From Blasia pusilla (Eukaryota), in contig CM114271.1 in assembly GCA_050084515.1 (NCBI GenBank), positions 29,822,001-29,886,000 on the forward strand: DNA of 64,000 nucleotides. Reading direction: 5' to 3'. A model generated the notes under the pieces. It saw nothing but the letters and a program-made list of their open reading frames with translations, was not told the origin of the DNA and searched no databases. Each line of letters starts with the position of its first letter. The stretch's first letter is position 1. Of this stretch, positions 13,241 through 27,889 are shown in pieces. The position numbers were made by a program, and so were the translations under genes.

Positions 13241-13979
13241 AACTTGAAGCAAGAATGTGTATGGAGATAATGGGTTAGCTTGGTTTACAATAGATCCAGT
13301 CATGTCAACGACACTCACAATGTCTTTATCTTGACTCACATGGTCACGGACTTAAGACTTGGGTGTTGAAGTTTGATTGGTAGGAGCAAGAGTCACATAT
13401 GTGTAACTTGGAGTATTGTGGCTTGAAGACCTTTAACATTAGATAAAGTAGGCTTTAGAGGCAAGCCATAAATTTTATATTGTCCATTTGAGCATGGTAA
13501 AAGATTCTATAATTTGGACTCTTCAATCTTGGGTTGGACAATTTCACCTATAACTTCATCCATTCCATCCACCCTCACATCCTTGAAAAAAAACTTCTAA
13601 AAATACCTCATGAGCAGCCTCAGGTTGCACGTGGATAATTTTTGATTGAGGAAGGGCCGTTAGGTGACTGCCACATGTGAGTTTGACAAAAATTCCATCT
13701 AGATAGAAGTGCAAAGATGATTGCAAGATAAAGGAAAATGAATGAGAATAAGAAAATGAAAAGGAATGTTGAATTTATAGTGGAAAAAGTCCGAGTAAGT
13801 TCTAACGTTACTCGTCTAACAAGCTGTTGGTAGTCCGATTCAACCATTGCCAACTGACTCTATCAAGGGATCAGGAATATTTTGCCACCAAAATGTTGGA
13901 TCTCGGACTTGTTTTTTGAATGATAAAAGATCAGACAAAGCATAGAAAGAAGAAGTTGAGGTGGTAGGTGTAGTTCATT

Positions 13980-15590
13980 TTTTCGGATAGAACAACTCAT
14001 CCCAACCTATCAAAGTTTGAAAATTTGGAGTTCCTAGAATTGCAAGGAAATTGTTGTGGGGTGGTCCCAACCTATCTGAATCCGCTAAGTTGCAGTACGT
14101 GGGGCTATGGGGAAGTTGGTATGGGAATGATGGCATAGAGGAGGGGGGAGGGATGACAAACTTGTCAGAATTCAAAAGGTTGCAATGCAAATTTTTGGAT
14201 TCCGATCGGTTGTAGGGGGTGGGATTGTTATGTTACAAATCCGTAGGGTTCCAATGGGTTGCAAGAAGCATTGGATCAGGGGATTCATATTAGGAAACGG
14301 GAGGTGCGGCTCTAGTGATGTCGATCCTTAGGGTTCCGATGGATTGCAAGAAGCAACTCAAAAAGGGATTTGGGGGTGGGGTTTGCGTAAGATAAACCCA
14401 TTGGATTCCAATGGGTTGTTGGAAACGCGGAAAGGGGATGGTTTCTGGCCATTGGGGTTGGCTAGTTGCAATGAGCTAATGGTAGGATGGCTAGGATATG
14501 GACACAGATTGCTCGAGGTGGTTTTGGGGAAACTCATCGAATTTGACGGGTTGCAATGAGTTGATGATACGTAGGGCGGTTGGGATATGGATGTAAGTTG
14601 GTATGGTTGGTGTTGAGGGGATCCATCAACTTCCGATGGGTTATAATTGTAGTGAGTATTTATGGGGATGGTGCAATGGGAACCTTGAAGAGCGGGGGGA
14701 TCAACCCATCAAAATGTGACGGGTTACATCTTGCCCCTAATGAGAATGCTCTACAATAGTCAATCATAAGGACCAATGGCTAGGAGAATCACTCAATCTC
14801 TCTCCAATGGTTGGGAGTCAGTGTCTCTCAATAAGTTTATAAAGGCCAACTTTCTTATTATCTCTTTTTCACTTTGCTATAAAATTTTGAGAGTTGGTCT
14901 TTCAAGAAGAGCTCTGATAGTTGGCATGAAGCAATTTGACAACCTTGTGAATTGGTTTTGGTAGTTGATCCTCATTCCTTGGGAGTCTCTCGACAAAATA
15001 GTTTGTCACTTCATTTGAAATGTCATAACTCATCACAAAACACCCCTTGCCAATCTTCGTGGTAACCTTTTAGACATGACTTTCAAGCTGAAATACTCTA
15101 GTTTGCCTCTTCTCTCTCATCTTGCTTCGATATGGCGAAGCTTTCCCCATAAGCGATAAGTTCCTTCTGTGTCATTTTTTGGGAGATCCATGATTTCTAT
15201 CATGCCTTGGAAGAAGGCCCAAGCCAAAAAAGGTGGAAGCTTCACTCCCATATCCTCTTGTACTTCAAAGTCGTCTTCTTCTATCCAAACCTCAACTACA
15301 AACATGTGGAGAGGAGGAAAGTGAAGCGGAGTTGGAAAAGCTCCCTTAGCAACAAAAGAAATTGATGGTAGAGGCAAAAAAGGCGGAGAAAAAGAGAATT
15401 TTCTATGCGACAAAAGAGAAGAAGAGGCAAGATGCCGAAGAAAGAAAAGCCAAATTTTTTGAACCCCGTAAGGAGAAGGCTGTGGCAAGAGAACAAGAAA
15501 CCCCCTTGCTCCACAAAGGCCAAAACCTAGTGATAGTGAGGAAATAGATGTTGGATTCTCAACATCCACTTCTCTGAGCACCATTAATAT
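13980..15590 (-). mobile_element. Decayed retrotransposon gag-like region with Pro/Asn-rich low-complexity tract
   Basis: Minus strand is rich in ccc/aac/cca repeats (14200-14700) downstream of a disrupted gag-like reading frame. No catalytic motif seen. Confidence 0.35.
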
Positions 15591-17372
15591 GATCAGCCCC
15601 CTTATATCAGGAGAAGCCTAGATTGATGGTTCCCACTCATACGTTGAAGGAGTCATAGTAATACAACGTATGTGGCTTATGGAGTACCGTTACTAGGATT
15701 ACTAGGATTATCTTACCAAAAAAAATCTTTTAATAGAAATAAAGAAAAATAGGTAAAAAAAACCCTAGTTTCCCAAGCAATGAAATAGTCGGGAGCCGCT
15801 GTGGTAGCGCATTCTCATATGTCGAGTTATCTCCATGTTCAAGTTCCATCGAAGCTCTTCTGTGAGCGCACAGACAGATTAGGCCACTTTGTATCTCCAA
15901 GTTTTGTAAAAGATTTCAGTGATTTCGTCACTTTCTGTTTTCTCAGAATAGAGGATGCTTCCTCTCAGAGATCAAGTAATGCGATGTAAAGGATCAACAT
16001 TGACGATGTCCCCAAATCCAATGAGTGAAAAGATGGTAGATGATTAAGAATCCAATTTTGGGAAAGGCAATTCATCTCCGTTGGACCCTCTCGCACAACA
16101 AGACATCTACTTCATAGACGAATCTTAAGTTAGAATTCCTACTGTAGCACCATAATAACTTATTTGGCAAGTCACAAACCCAATGTTCAAAAGGATAAGA
16201 GATGATCGAGATAATTTTTGTGTACATAATATACGCTTCATACTCTTTTGGAAGTCTGCTTAGCTGACAATCCATGATTTCTTGCACGTTGTAAAGCAGA
16301 TGGTTGTGGTTGACGAGCTAAAGGCACTAAGGATATCTCTATGTCTACTTTGAACTATGAAGTATGTTCATGAAATTCATGCAGATGAGCACATCAAGAA
16401 GCTGAAGTAGTCGATTGATGCTACTTAATTCATAAGTTGATAGCTTTCCTCCTTTATACGTTCAACCTTACGATGATCAAGGAAAGAAGTACCATTTCAT
16501 TGACAAAGACTTGGACAAGATGGATGCATTCTAAAAGATGAGGGATGCATAACTCTCGAAATCAATGGTCAACACAAAGTACAAGTAGATGCAACACTTG
16601 CACTTCTTCATCTAGGATGGGAACCACCGATTCATGGCATGCCCAATTTGCTTATGAGAGTCCAAATTCATTGGATGCGCATTTTTTCATGAAGATAGTT
16701 GTTCTACTTCCATTTCCAAATGATAGTGCTACACTTCAAATGGCACGTAAGTAATTCTTTACTTAGTCCATTTCACTTGGCATTTAGTTCAGATGGTCAC
16801 CAAGAGGTAGGAACCAACTCTTGTTTTGGCAACCCGTCGGATTCAAACAAGTTGCATGGAGTGTAGAATGTAGATACTTTTAGGTCTAGGTATAAGGTCA
16901 AGGATGCATTCAGTGCATTTACTAGAGGAGCGGTAAGTGGAGAGGAAGAGAGGAGAGAGAAAACTATTGTCAACCCAAAGAGATCATTTTTTGAAGAGAG
17001 TTTCATGTGATTCAAAGAGAGTTTCCTATAGGTTGCAGTTGGAGAGTAAGGAATTTTTTTGTTCAACATACACGCAAAAACCTTCCAATTCACAATGTTG
17101 TTCTTGACCCAATAAATTCTTCCTATTCCATTTCTACTATGTTTGTATTTTGTGGCCATAACTTCCATCTTAGCCACCGGAGCTAATACGATTTGCTTTG
17201 CCCTCTCTACCGATGGCATACTCCTTATATTTTTCTTCATTCTATTTCTAGATTCAAATAGAAATAGTGGATTGAGATCATCCATCTTTTCAAGATACAA
17301 GTTGACATCAATCTTAGATCAAATGCAAAATGCAAAAGACTCTATAATAAAAATGTGTTCCGAACTCCCCCT

Positions 17373-18003
17373 TGTCACGACTATTAGGATAGATCGATGG
17401 GATCTAGCAGATCGTCTTCACAAGTAGTGGAGGATAGGCCCAGGAGGTCAAGAATGACCTATTGAGGCCCCGAGAAACCTGAGAGAGCAGGTTTCCCCTT
17501 CGGCTCATTTGGAGCCATATAGAGAAAATTACTATTTTGAGTAAGTTTCCATATTGGGAATAGTTGACTTTCCAATTTGGGAAGTGGCCCTTAACCCGCT
17601 ACAGCAAGTCAAGAGCCAAGGAGATGACTTGCGAGCATAGGTTACCGTTGAGAGGGCTTGGGAGGGGAAAGGGGGTATACCTCGATCCAGGAGAGAGAGC
17701 TTGGGAGCTCATTCTCTTTTTGTTGAACATCTTGGCATAAGGCGGCAGAGCTATGGTCCCTTGCCTTGTGAGTGTAACCCAAGCCTCTCATTAGGAGAGT
17801 GGGTTTGGTTTGACATGAGAGAGGGTGCACACCTTTGAGAGCTATGGTGTGAGATGATGTAGAGAGAGATTGGATCTTATTTTATTGGAGATATTTTGGT
17901 ACTTCTTGCCTCTGTGTATGGATGTCATGAATTAGCATGGGATCGCGTGTGTGTGTTCGATGACAACGATGTATGTTGTGTAGCGATGTATATGCGCACG
18001 ATA
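17373..18003 (+). mobile_element. Solo A-B unit of the DNMT-gypsy terminal repeat family
   Basis: TGTCAC...GCACGATA termini with a perfect 4-bp duplication CCCT (17369-17372 / 18004-18007). 17373-17885 is homologous to 46756-46240 (A); 17886-18003 is homologous to 38262-38137 (B). Confidence 0.85.
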
Positions 18004-18727
18004 CCCTGTCTACCAAGCTAAATCCTAGACTTATAAGGATTTCCACTTCATCTTGAGTACAATTTGTATCTGCAACAATGGGCCAAATCGTAGGAATATT
18101 CCCTAGAGCTCTAATGGAAATTTTCGGTTTGATTTCCTGAACACGCATGATTAATTTGGACAAAAAATTATTTCAAATAATCTCTAATCCATCTAAAACG
18201 ATCGAAGGTTTTGAGCCCCCAAAAGGTTGTCAGTGGTCAGGTTGTCCTTACACACTTGTTAATATGGAATCGGGGGCTAGTATTATGGAAGGAGAGAGAA
18301 AGAGAGGAAGCTTAAGAGAGAAGGGTCTCTCTAAAAACAAGTACAAATCCTTAACCTCTCTTCAAAAATTTCTTCTAGTTTTTAATATTCTCATCTACTC
18401 GAAATACAAGACATATTTAAAATAGAGTTACTAGTGGACAAGGTTGGGGCATAAACTAACCTCATTTTTTCTGAGCAGGAAAATTATTTGGAAATGTGAA
18501 GACCACTTCACAAATGCTTAAATCACTCTCTATATAAGCCAGATTTACTCAAGCTGGAGGGTATTTTATCATTGTAGAATCATCATAAGGGAATTTCTTC
18601 ACTAGAGAACTAGAATAAATGGATATTAAAGATGGACTTGGACTTGGAAGAGATGGTAGAAAATTTTGATTAGGCCTAAACTGAAGGAGTAAAGAACCAT
18701 TTGGGGTTGGTGAAGTATCATGAGAGT

Positions 18728-20494
18728 TTTCATGCACATACATATGGTTACACAACACACATCTTTGTCATTGAATACGCACATAAACACACAAGATTCC
18801 ATGCTAACTTATGACATCTAAACATTGAGATGATAGAGTACCAAAATATCTCCAGTAAATCAAGGCAATTTGAACAAGATCTCTTACAAGGTGCACATAA
18901 GAGATCTCTCTCTCTCATGTCAAACCAAATCCACTCTCCTAATGAGAAGCTTGGGTTACTCACAAGGCAAGGAGGACCATAGCTCCATTGCCTCATGCGA
19001 AGAGGTTGAACAAAGAGAGAATGAGTTCTAAAGCTCTCTCTCCTTGGATTTACCTACTTCCCTCTCCCAAGCTCTCTCCATGGTAACCTATGGGCTTAGG
19101 TCATCTCCTTGGATCTTGACCTGCTATAGGGATCAAGGGAAACTTTCCAAAGCGGAAGTCAACTCTACTCAAAACTATAACTTCCTAAAAATATGAAGTT
19201 TCTCTATATAGCTCTAAATGAGCCAAAACGAAGTGGATACATACTCTCTTAGGTTACACGTGGCCTCAAGAGGTCATCCTTGACCTCTTGAGGTTGTTCT
19301 CCACTATCCTTAAAGACGCTCTACTAGATCTCATCGATCTATCCTAAAAGATGTGACAACTGTCGTGCGCATACACATCGCCATACAACATACATTTTTA
19401 TTACCAAATACACAAGAATTGTCGCTGTCTACTTCTCAACTAAGAATTTTACCAAAAGTTTTGAAATTGCTCCTTCCTTCACAAGTTGGCTATGGTAGCC
19501 CATAGAAATGGTCACAGCTTTGTGCTCAAATATCCAAATTGTGCTCAATTTCTTTGAAAACATGGTTAAATTTTTGATCTGCGATGTTGTCAAATTGGTT
19601 TGCTCATTTGACTTTCCATAAAAAATTGAAGACAATTGTCGTGCACGTCATGGCCTACTCTCCAAAATAAAATTTAGCAACGCTTCCACATTGATTTTTT
19701 CCACAAAAAATTGAGAAACTATGCAAACTAACTCCAGCAAGCTACAAGATACTCTTGAGAGCCCTAACATGGAGAACCCCATCCCCATACTCAAATCCTA
19801 TTAAAAATTGGGCAACGCTTCTACGCGCTACTTTCTCGTACAAAAATTTGCATCACAAAGCAGAGAAACGAGCGGCTCTTGCTCCCGTGAGCACTCCCAT
19901 AAGCTATTCAATGGGGAACACGATCCCCAACCTGAAAATGCAAGGAGAAAACAATGAGCACCCGCATTAATTATGGAGTTGTCAATCTTCCATTCTCTGT
20001 TTGTAAATCAAGGTTCTCTCAACAAGATCTCTCACAAGGTGCACACACTATATCTCTCTCTAATGTCAAACCAAACTTACTCTCCTAATGAGAGGCTTGG
20101 GTTACTCATAAGGCAAGGAGAACCATAGCTCTGCCACCTCAAGCAAAGAGATTCAACAACGACCAAATGAGCTCCAAATGTCTCTCTCCTTAGGTATAGC
20201 CCCTTCTTTCTCCCAAGCTCTCTCCACTCTAACCTACACTCGCAAGTCACCCTAGAGGATCAAGGCCCACTTCCCAAAGTGTAAATTTAACTCTACTTAA
20301 AAGGATAACTTACCCAAAATAGTAATTCTCTCTATATAGCTCCAATTAAATGAGACAAAACGAAGAGGAAATCTGCTCTCTCACGTTACCCATGGCCTCA
20401 CCAGGTCATCCTAAACCTCTTGAGCTAGGTTGTCCTCCACTATCCTAGAAGGTGCTCTTCTAGATCTTGTCGATCTATCCTAAAAGACATGACA
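18728..20494 (-). mobile_element. Internally deleted family member with A-leader-B(part)-GT-A-B architecture
   Basis: In element sense: A 20494-20003; leader 19960-19660, homologous to 46190-45895; partial B 19414-19361; GT spacer 19360-19359; A 19358-18855; B 18854-18728. Confidence 0.8.
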
Positions 20495-20924
20495 AAGCAG
20501 ATGAGACATTGTAATGGTCAATTTATCAAAGATCTCAAAATTTAGTCCTCCGCCATTTTGAATTCAAAAAAGTTCCAAGAAATGAGTAGTAAGGAGATAA
20601 TGTGGATGTAAAGTTTCTACCAAATGGAGAATTTCAATTTTTCCAAGAATGACTTAGAAGACTTGGAGGCCACGAATGACTTACAAAAATTGGCTAAATA
20701 GTGGTTAAATGGAGTCTTAAGAAAGTTGGTTTGTCAACTTTGGTTAAACACAAATGGTAGAAGTGAATGAAACCAACAAGCTTAAGGAAATGAAAATTGA
20801 AGAGGGAGTTGCAAAAATCAGTTCAAGAAAATGGAAATCGACAATCATAAAGAACAAACCTTAGAAGTAAATCCTACAACTTGTCAAAATCCCACAAGTT
20901 GTAGGACATCTCTTGGACTACTTC

Positions 20925-21365
20925 AATTGCCATTAAACATATGAGTTCCAACATGAATATATATCCTTGTGTAGTTGTACTTTGAATTTAAAGTTATATC
21001 GTACACTATGAAGAAAATGTTAGCCGAATAGGCTGCAATAGAAAATGGGGATGTTTGAAAATATAGACATTTGTGCCCACTAGATGATATAGTGGCTCCA
21101 ACGGTGCAAGGAGTCTCCACATTTTTGTGGGGGAATTAGGAGGTATTGACTTCTCTGTTTTTTTCCAAAAAGGGGCATCGTGGAGAAACAATTTATCAAA
21201 CGCTTGAGGTGGAAGTGCTAGTTTGTTGAAGTCTACACCAATGATGATAGTTGGATTTCCAATTCATACCCTTCAAGCATTCTCCAACTTTCTTTAGAGA
21301 AGAACATGCCACCGGAGGCAACTCAAAAATATAATTCCCACCATAAGTTGTCACCATAAGGCCCC
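20925..21365 (-). pseudogene. Second fragment of the MULE-like transposase N-terminal region
   Basis: TTYGGNYIFELPP...LKGMNWKSNYHHWCRLQQTS and IFFIVYDITLNSKYNYTRIYIHVGTH are homologous to 12700-13240. Confidence 0.65.
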
Positions 21366-21639
21366 ATGGAATCAATGATATCAACAATGTATTACTCAAG
21401 ACACATTTTCATAAACTTCAAACTTGGGAGTTGATGTTGGATTGATGCTTAGTTGACAAGACGATTGCAAATTGGCAAAATCTGGCAGGTGGCAGAAATA
21501 AGGACTCTTGGGACATTGCAACCCATTAGATTATAATGGATTTCTAGGGGGAAAGGGTTTTTCTTCTTCTTTTATTTTTTATTCTTTTTGAGGGGGGAGG
21601 GGGGCTAGCGCTCAATTTAAGGGCCACTGCAAAAAATTT

Positions 21640-22560
21640 CCTTTTCCTTCTACTCAACTTTTTGCATCATTTCCAACAATAAGAATAGTAGGCTTTTGTA
21701 GAGGTTGTACAGAGCTATACCAATCCTTTCAACTATTTATATGCCTAGATGCTCCACTATCGAGCACTCATGCATCTTCACTCTTTGACTTAGTGGGATA
21801 ATTTTCTTGTGTGCAAAAATCTTCAATTGCTACCCAAAAAATCTACCTCATATTCTTCCAATTCTAAAAAATTTCTAGACTTCTTCCTAGGTCTTAAGCA
21901 ACCATTCTTCTCATCCTAACTTCTCTATCTACAATCCTTGATAAAATGACCTATCTTATTATAATAGAAGCATTTGAAAGCTGTTTTGGGAAACTTCTTC
22001 TTTACATTAGAACTAGAAACTTTATTCCTTCCTCTCTCTATGTTGGCATTAAATATATGAGGCAGCATTTCCCTCTAGCTTTGAATCAGATTAATTTCCT
22101 CGTCTACCAATATTCCACTAAATTGTTCAAAGGCCAACAATATAGGTCTCAATGTTGTGACCAAATGGTCATACCTTAGAGCCAAAATACTTATGCAACA
22201 ACGAGCCAAATCCTCGGCCAAATCTTCACTTGAATTCAATATTCCTATCAACACCATCTGATCTTCAAGATTCTTTATCCTACTTAGGAATTACGTACTT
22301 CATGCTTCCTCTTTTTGAAAGATTTCTCGGACGTAAGCTGATTCTCCATAATTTGAATCCAAGTCTCATTCTTGATCTCTTACAAGTTCTTATATTACCA
22401 ATGTTTTTGAAGCTTTGAAAATTCAACGCCTCAACAACACTAGTCATATTTTACATGAGAGTCATGAAAAAATCAATTACATCCATGATAATGGCAAATA
22501 GGGCACCGACAATTGAGTGTTTTCCACACTAGCTAATCCAAATGGAAAAAAATATAGAAC
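21640..22560 (-). mobile_element. Ty1/copia gag-protease fragment
   Basis: UBN2-like gag (ILALRYDHLVTTL...ILVDEE), a decayed Zn knuckle and the copia protease motif *VLDSGASRHI..KDWY at ~21720-21775. Confidence 0.75.
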
Positions 22561-25500
22561 TTAGAATAGCTTGTGGATTCGAATTGACCCGTGTAGTTAT
22601 CTCATATATCTCAAATGATTCAAGGAAAATTCTCATCTTGAACTTTCGGAGTGTAACTTTCCTTCACACAACGAAGGAGCTAGGGCTAGCACAAACCGAC
22701 GAAAAAGTAGTCATCTTTCAAGAATTTGTGCAAACACAACAGATCACTAGAAACAAAATTGTGGCAAACCTATCGCTCTCATAGCATGTGAGAAAACAAT
22801 ATGTGAAAAAATCAAGAAAATTTATATGTGAAGAACCTAACAAGGAAAAAATTTGACAAATGAGAATAAGTCAAATTGATGTCCTTAATATTTTGATACT
22901 AAGGGGTTTTGACCTATTTTCTTCTATTTAGTTTATAAAAAATTCCAACTCTATTGTGGCTTTTGAACTTGCAAAGTCATTCACAATCACGAATGTGAAT
23001 TGTGAATGTAGTAGTGAGAGAAGAGAAGTTGCCTCCTCCTCCGCTCAATTTGCACCCAAACAACAACAAGCAAGGACTTGTCCCTGCTTGCTCACCTTAC
23101 CTCATCACTTGCCATTGGTCCCTACTTGATCTCTCCTTGCATAGGTTCCTCTCCATCCAATTCTATGCACACTTGATCCCAACATGTCGTTTGCTTGTGG
23201 GACGGGAATCTTGGAAGCATTCGTACCACTTCTAAAAGTGTTACAAGACGTAATCTAGAGATGGGCTCCTCCCATGCAAGGCCCCTCACGGAACACTCCT
23301 CGTTAAAACGTGGACACCTCCTGAATTCCGCTTACATAAAATCATGAAACTTAGTTGAAATTTGGGGTTGGAATTGTTACAGCCAGGAGCTGTTGGTGAG
23401 TTTCTTATGGTATGCTAGTCAGGAAATCATGTGTGCTCATCGAAGAAAACAACTCTAAAAACGTTAGGCCAACCGGGAACAAAGCCGAATGATCGCATGT
23501 CCAAGAGAGCACTACAACGAAGAAAAATCCAACACAACAGTCTCTAGTTATTCAGAAAGGATATCAAAGTCTACGAATTACTTTTCTCATATCTAGGGCA
23601 ATCTAGACCAAAGATCGACTTCGATGCCCCACGATGGCAGTTGTGGCACTCTGTCGCCATAACTGTATGGCTTTCCCATCACCAGCTGTGTGGGTTTCCC
23701 CATCGGAAGGGTGATGGAGAAACCCATCTCCCTTTTCACCCTTTTAGAAATTTGACCACTGGAAGAAGTTTGACCGTAATGACATGAAAAAAGTGCCTGT
23801 AGTTGGTACATCTGGGAGCACGATTGAGATGGTGAGAATGTCTAACAGAAATCATATCAAGAGGCATATAAGATGAGACGATGGGAATCTCTCTTCTGAA
23901 AGTCGCTCTAATCGTTTGTCAAGAAGCGCGCCAACTGACAATATGATCGTTTACCGTGTGCTCCGCTGTGTGCCGCCAGATTCGCCTGCAAAGGGCACCA
24001 TGCGCCTATGCCGTTCTTTGTCGTCACCTCATCATGTACATGAAACCTGTGAGCTCTGCTTTAGCAGTAACCCGGCATACCTCCCTGCGACCAGATGAAA
24101 GTACTAGCAGCTGCTATTCTGAAGTAGACCAACAGCTTGCATTGGGCCCAGATTCTTGCATCAAATATGTATATGCCGATGCTGAAAACCTTAAGCTTTT
24201 TGCAAAGTCCAGCGTGTACGGTAGATTAATAGCTGTGTGTGAGGAAAGCTGATAACGGAAAGTGGAATGCAACATTGGGAGAGTCATGTAGTCACTCCCT
24301 AATGTGACATCTGTTTTTGGGACCGTCGTGTCCAATGCTAGCTGTAGATCAGTGGAAGCTGAGTCGAGCAAATCCCTGTGGGAAGTGATGCTGCACTTTC
24401 GAATTGGCCATGAATAGCATGAGAAGACAGCAATGTTAGAGAGGGACAGTCAATGAGTTAAATCAGTATTATGAGAAGAGCGGAATGATGCATTGAGAAG
24501 CAATCAGAACGATCTGGTCCTTGAGGAAAGCGACGAAGTGGCCCTGTCCAGAAAGAGCTCCGATTCGACAGATGATACTAAGCAGGTGGCACGCGTATAC
24601 AAGACGATAAACGTCAGAAACAAGCCTCGAATCCCAAGTAATGTAAGAAAGTTGTCCACCAGAATGAGCGATATAGCTCCAAAGTTGAGGATAATTCAAG
24701 CACCCTCCACGGCCAGCTGGGATAACATGAAACATACATGTCATGTATCTGACTATTGATTCTTGATTGTTAAAGATGTAGTTCGAAAGGAATGAGTGAG
24801 ATTAAAATAGCTTTTAAAAGGGAATAGAAGGCATGAATAATAGAGGAACACAAGAAGGACTCACAATGCGCAGGAACTCTTTGGAGACGCTCAGTCCCAC
24901 AAGATCAGCAGAAACATGACTACGAACTATAAACCAATTTCTGAAAGCTAATTTCACCAACAGCAGTAGAACATGACTAGCAACGAGAAGCCAACTTCTA
25001 AAACATAAAATTTCTGAGACATAACTTCAACTTTGTCATTTTAATTAACTCCTTGCACTTGGGATCCCCGGATCCTATCTCCTGAACTCCGAATCATGAT
25101 TTAAAAATTGTCGTATGTTTAACGAATCCTACAACTCTTGCATTCTAGCCAAGAGTTTTTGCTCAGATACGCGCGTTTAATTACTGAGAGTTTTCGACGA
25201 ACGAGTGGGTGTCACGTACTCCTCGTTACGTACGCGTTTGTGGAATGAGGACGTTACCTCATAAACTTCTCCAAATGAAGATTTCAATCGTTTGTCCACT
25301 ATAATTATTTATATTGTCTTTTTGGCGTGCAAATTCAAAATTTTCGAAATAATTTTGCACACTTCTTGAATGTGCGTGTTCCCACAGATTTCTTGAGCTC
25401 TGTGCATCCAGAGGCAGCTGCGAAAGTCAAACATGAATAGTGGTGTTCCGCATATAATTTTGTAGAGACCATACACAACTTGCATCGGAAAGGTCATCAA

Positions 25501-27188
25501 AATTCAAATCCACTTAAGGGCATCTATGTGGGGCTACGGGTATCAGTGGCAGTGGATTCTTCCGCACTACAACCACTAAAGTAACATGTCTCTTGTCTAC
25601 TCCCAGAGCATACAGAATATGGAGATTAATGAGTACCTGGGCCGACATGCCCACATATTCGGCAAAATTCAATGAAAATTTTGAGTCCTAGTATTGAACA
25701 GTGAAATGGGTGGCTGATAAGTTCAGAGAATGAAGTTTCATTTGGATTGCAGTCACCAGCGTCCGAGCTAGCTGTCCTTCCATTTCCTCCCTCCATTTTT
25801 CTAGTAGGTTTAGCTTGACGATCAACACGCGACCGAGGGACATACAGCCAGCGAGTGAGAAAAGATAGGTATAGCAATCTGATTTCTCACCACGAACAAC
25901 TGCAGTTTAAGATTTTGGACATGTTGGTCGTTGAGTCGATTCATGGCCAGACCTAGTGACAGTGGAGACGAAAGCATCAATGCAGACCGCTATGCAGAGT
26001 GTAGATTACAATTCGACTTGGCCATGATGCATGTCTGAAGGACAGAAATTTATGCTCGTGCTCAACACAAATTTGTGCACTTCGTAGACGGTTTTGGTCT
26101 CATCGCAACGAAATGCCACGTTCAATTTCCAAGCCTGTACACCTAGACAACCATGCAATCTGGGGGCAAAGGTGAAGATTATAAGGATGGATCTTAACGT
26201 CGAATCTACACCTTAAAATTGATGATACTCGAGTGTGACTAGGTGGAGCAAAAAATCTTTCACTAGTCTCCAGACAAACACTCAGGAATCATTTCCATAG
26301 CAAATAAACAACTGGCTATTAGTGATAAGATCTAATGAAAGGACATGCCCTAACACGGTGCAAAAACATTAGCTCTAATGGGTGGACCGGTGACTGAAAT
26401 GTGGAGGTTTCTTGGTTCCCAACTGTACCCATATCGTTCCACGGCGATATGTAAAAAAATACCCCTTTGTATTTCATGGAGTGAAAAGTCTGGCAATTAA
26501 GACCTCTGGAGAATCGCTTCTTCTGCATTTCTCTTCCACGTTTACATACACATCACCATAGAACTGCGACATGTGCTGCGGAAGACCTACTCGCACCCGT
26601 AGCTCCGCCTAGAAAACTTGAAAATGTCCAAGTTTAACGCGTGCCCATGGGATGAGACGCAGGAGTAGATAGTCCCGAATAAGCGCAGCCCCTCAATCTT
26701 CTCCGATAATGTCTCCTTGAATGCTCCGGTTGTAGATTCTGTGCGGATTGCCTCCCCTTCCAAAACTGACTACTGGTTATCGTTATCGCCTTCAGGCTCT
26801 GGTTATTGGAATCTTAATCTGTTCTGCCTGGCAATGCTTTGCATGCGGCAGCAGTCTGTCAACTTTCCATTCGGGCTCCTCATTCACATTGATTACAGTC
26901 ACGACGGCAATTATCTACCCTGTGCGGCTGTGCATCGCCTAGCTTTTCCTATCACCTATCTGTGTCTGAAATCTGCACACGCTATAACTCAGACGAGAAT
27001 CCTTAACCTCCAATTGGTGGCCAAGCACCATGTCCAATCTTAGACGTAATGTGCGAGGAGAACAAATTACAAGAGAATCTACCATCTTTACCCTATCGAT
27101 TGTTCAATATCTTCACCATTTACAAGGATAAATGGCGAATTTCTTAGAAAGTTTCAAGTGTAGGGATGCAATTGCATGCCACATTTAA

Positions 27189-27217
27189 GTAGTAAGAGTG
27201 CCCGTGCGATGCACTGG
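27189..27217 (-). mobile_element. Putative Helitron 3' end
   Basis: Hairpin ccagtgcatcgcacggg 8 nt upstream of CTAC|T on the minus strand (canonical CTAG|T, one mismatch). Confidence 0.35.
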
Positions 27218-27889
27218 CGTCGGGAAGTTCGGGAACGCGATCTTTGGATCTCCTAGATCAACCACGGTGAATTCGTGGGCTCCCGCGGTGCCCCTCGGTA
27301 AGCGGGTTGGCAGTTGTAGTTCAACTCTACAGTGGACAGTGGTGCTTCCTCGGAGTTAGGTGTCCGCAGATTACGGAAGGAAGTCTGAACAGTAGTCTTG
27401 TTGTGGCAACGAGGCTACTGTTCTTCTTGCCACAACGTGTCCATCTGTTGATGTCTGCGATATCAAAACCCCTCGAACTCGACATGCGAAAGAACTCTTG
27501 CGCATTTTTGGACTCCTCTTTTGAGTTGTTATTACCTTGCTTTGTCCTCTTTTTAAGTTTATTTTATAGTAAAGTGGATGTATCTAGTAACTCACTCATT
27601 AAGAACATGTTAGAGCCGAGTAAAAACCCGAACTGCAGCGGATCCCCACCTGGCTACAGATCTTACAGGTTTCCATCGCTACGGTCTTTACATCCTCTCT
27701 ACACAAATCCTAAAGAAAAAAGAGAGGGGAAAGACTTAGCAAGCTCGTGCGGAAATGGTGAAACCATTCTGCGAGCCGTGCCTATCTCTGCGGTAGTCAC
27801 ATCCTCATCAGTCGAACTACTCTCGGATACTAATAGTGCAAACCATCTGGGCTTCGTCATAGAAAGCTAGCTATGACGATAACAATTTA

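Noticed and set aside
23916-24759. Cluster of short ORFs, possible gene remnant
   Set aside because: No recognisable motif or consistent strand.
27307-27870. 187-aa ORF
   Set aside because: Non-ATG start and no recognisable domain; possibly an antisense or Helitron-captured fragment.
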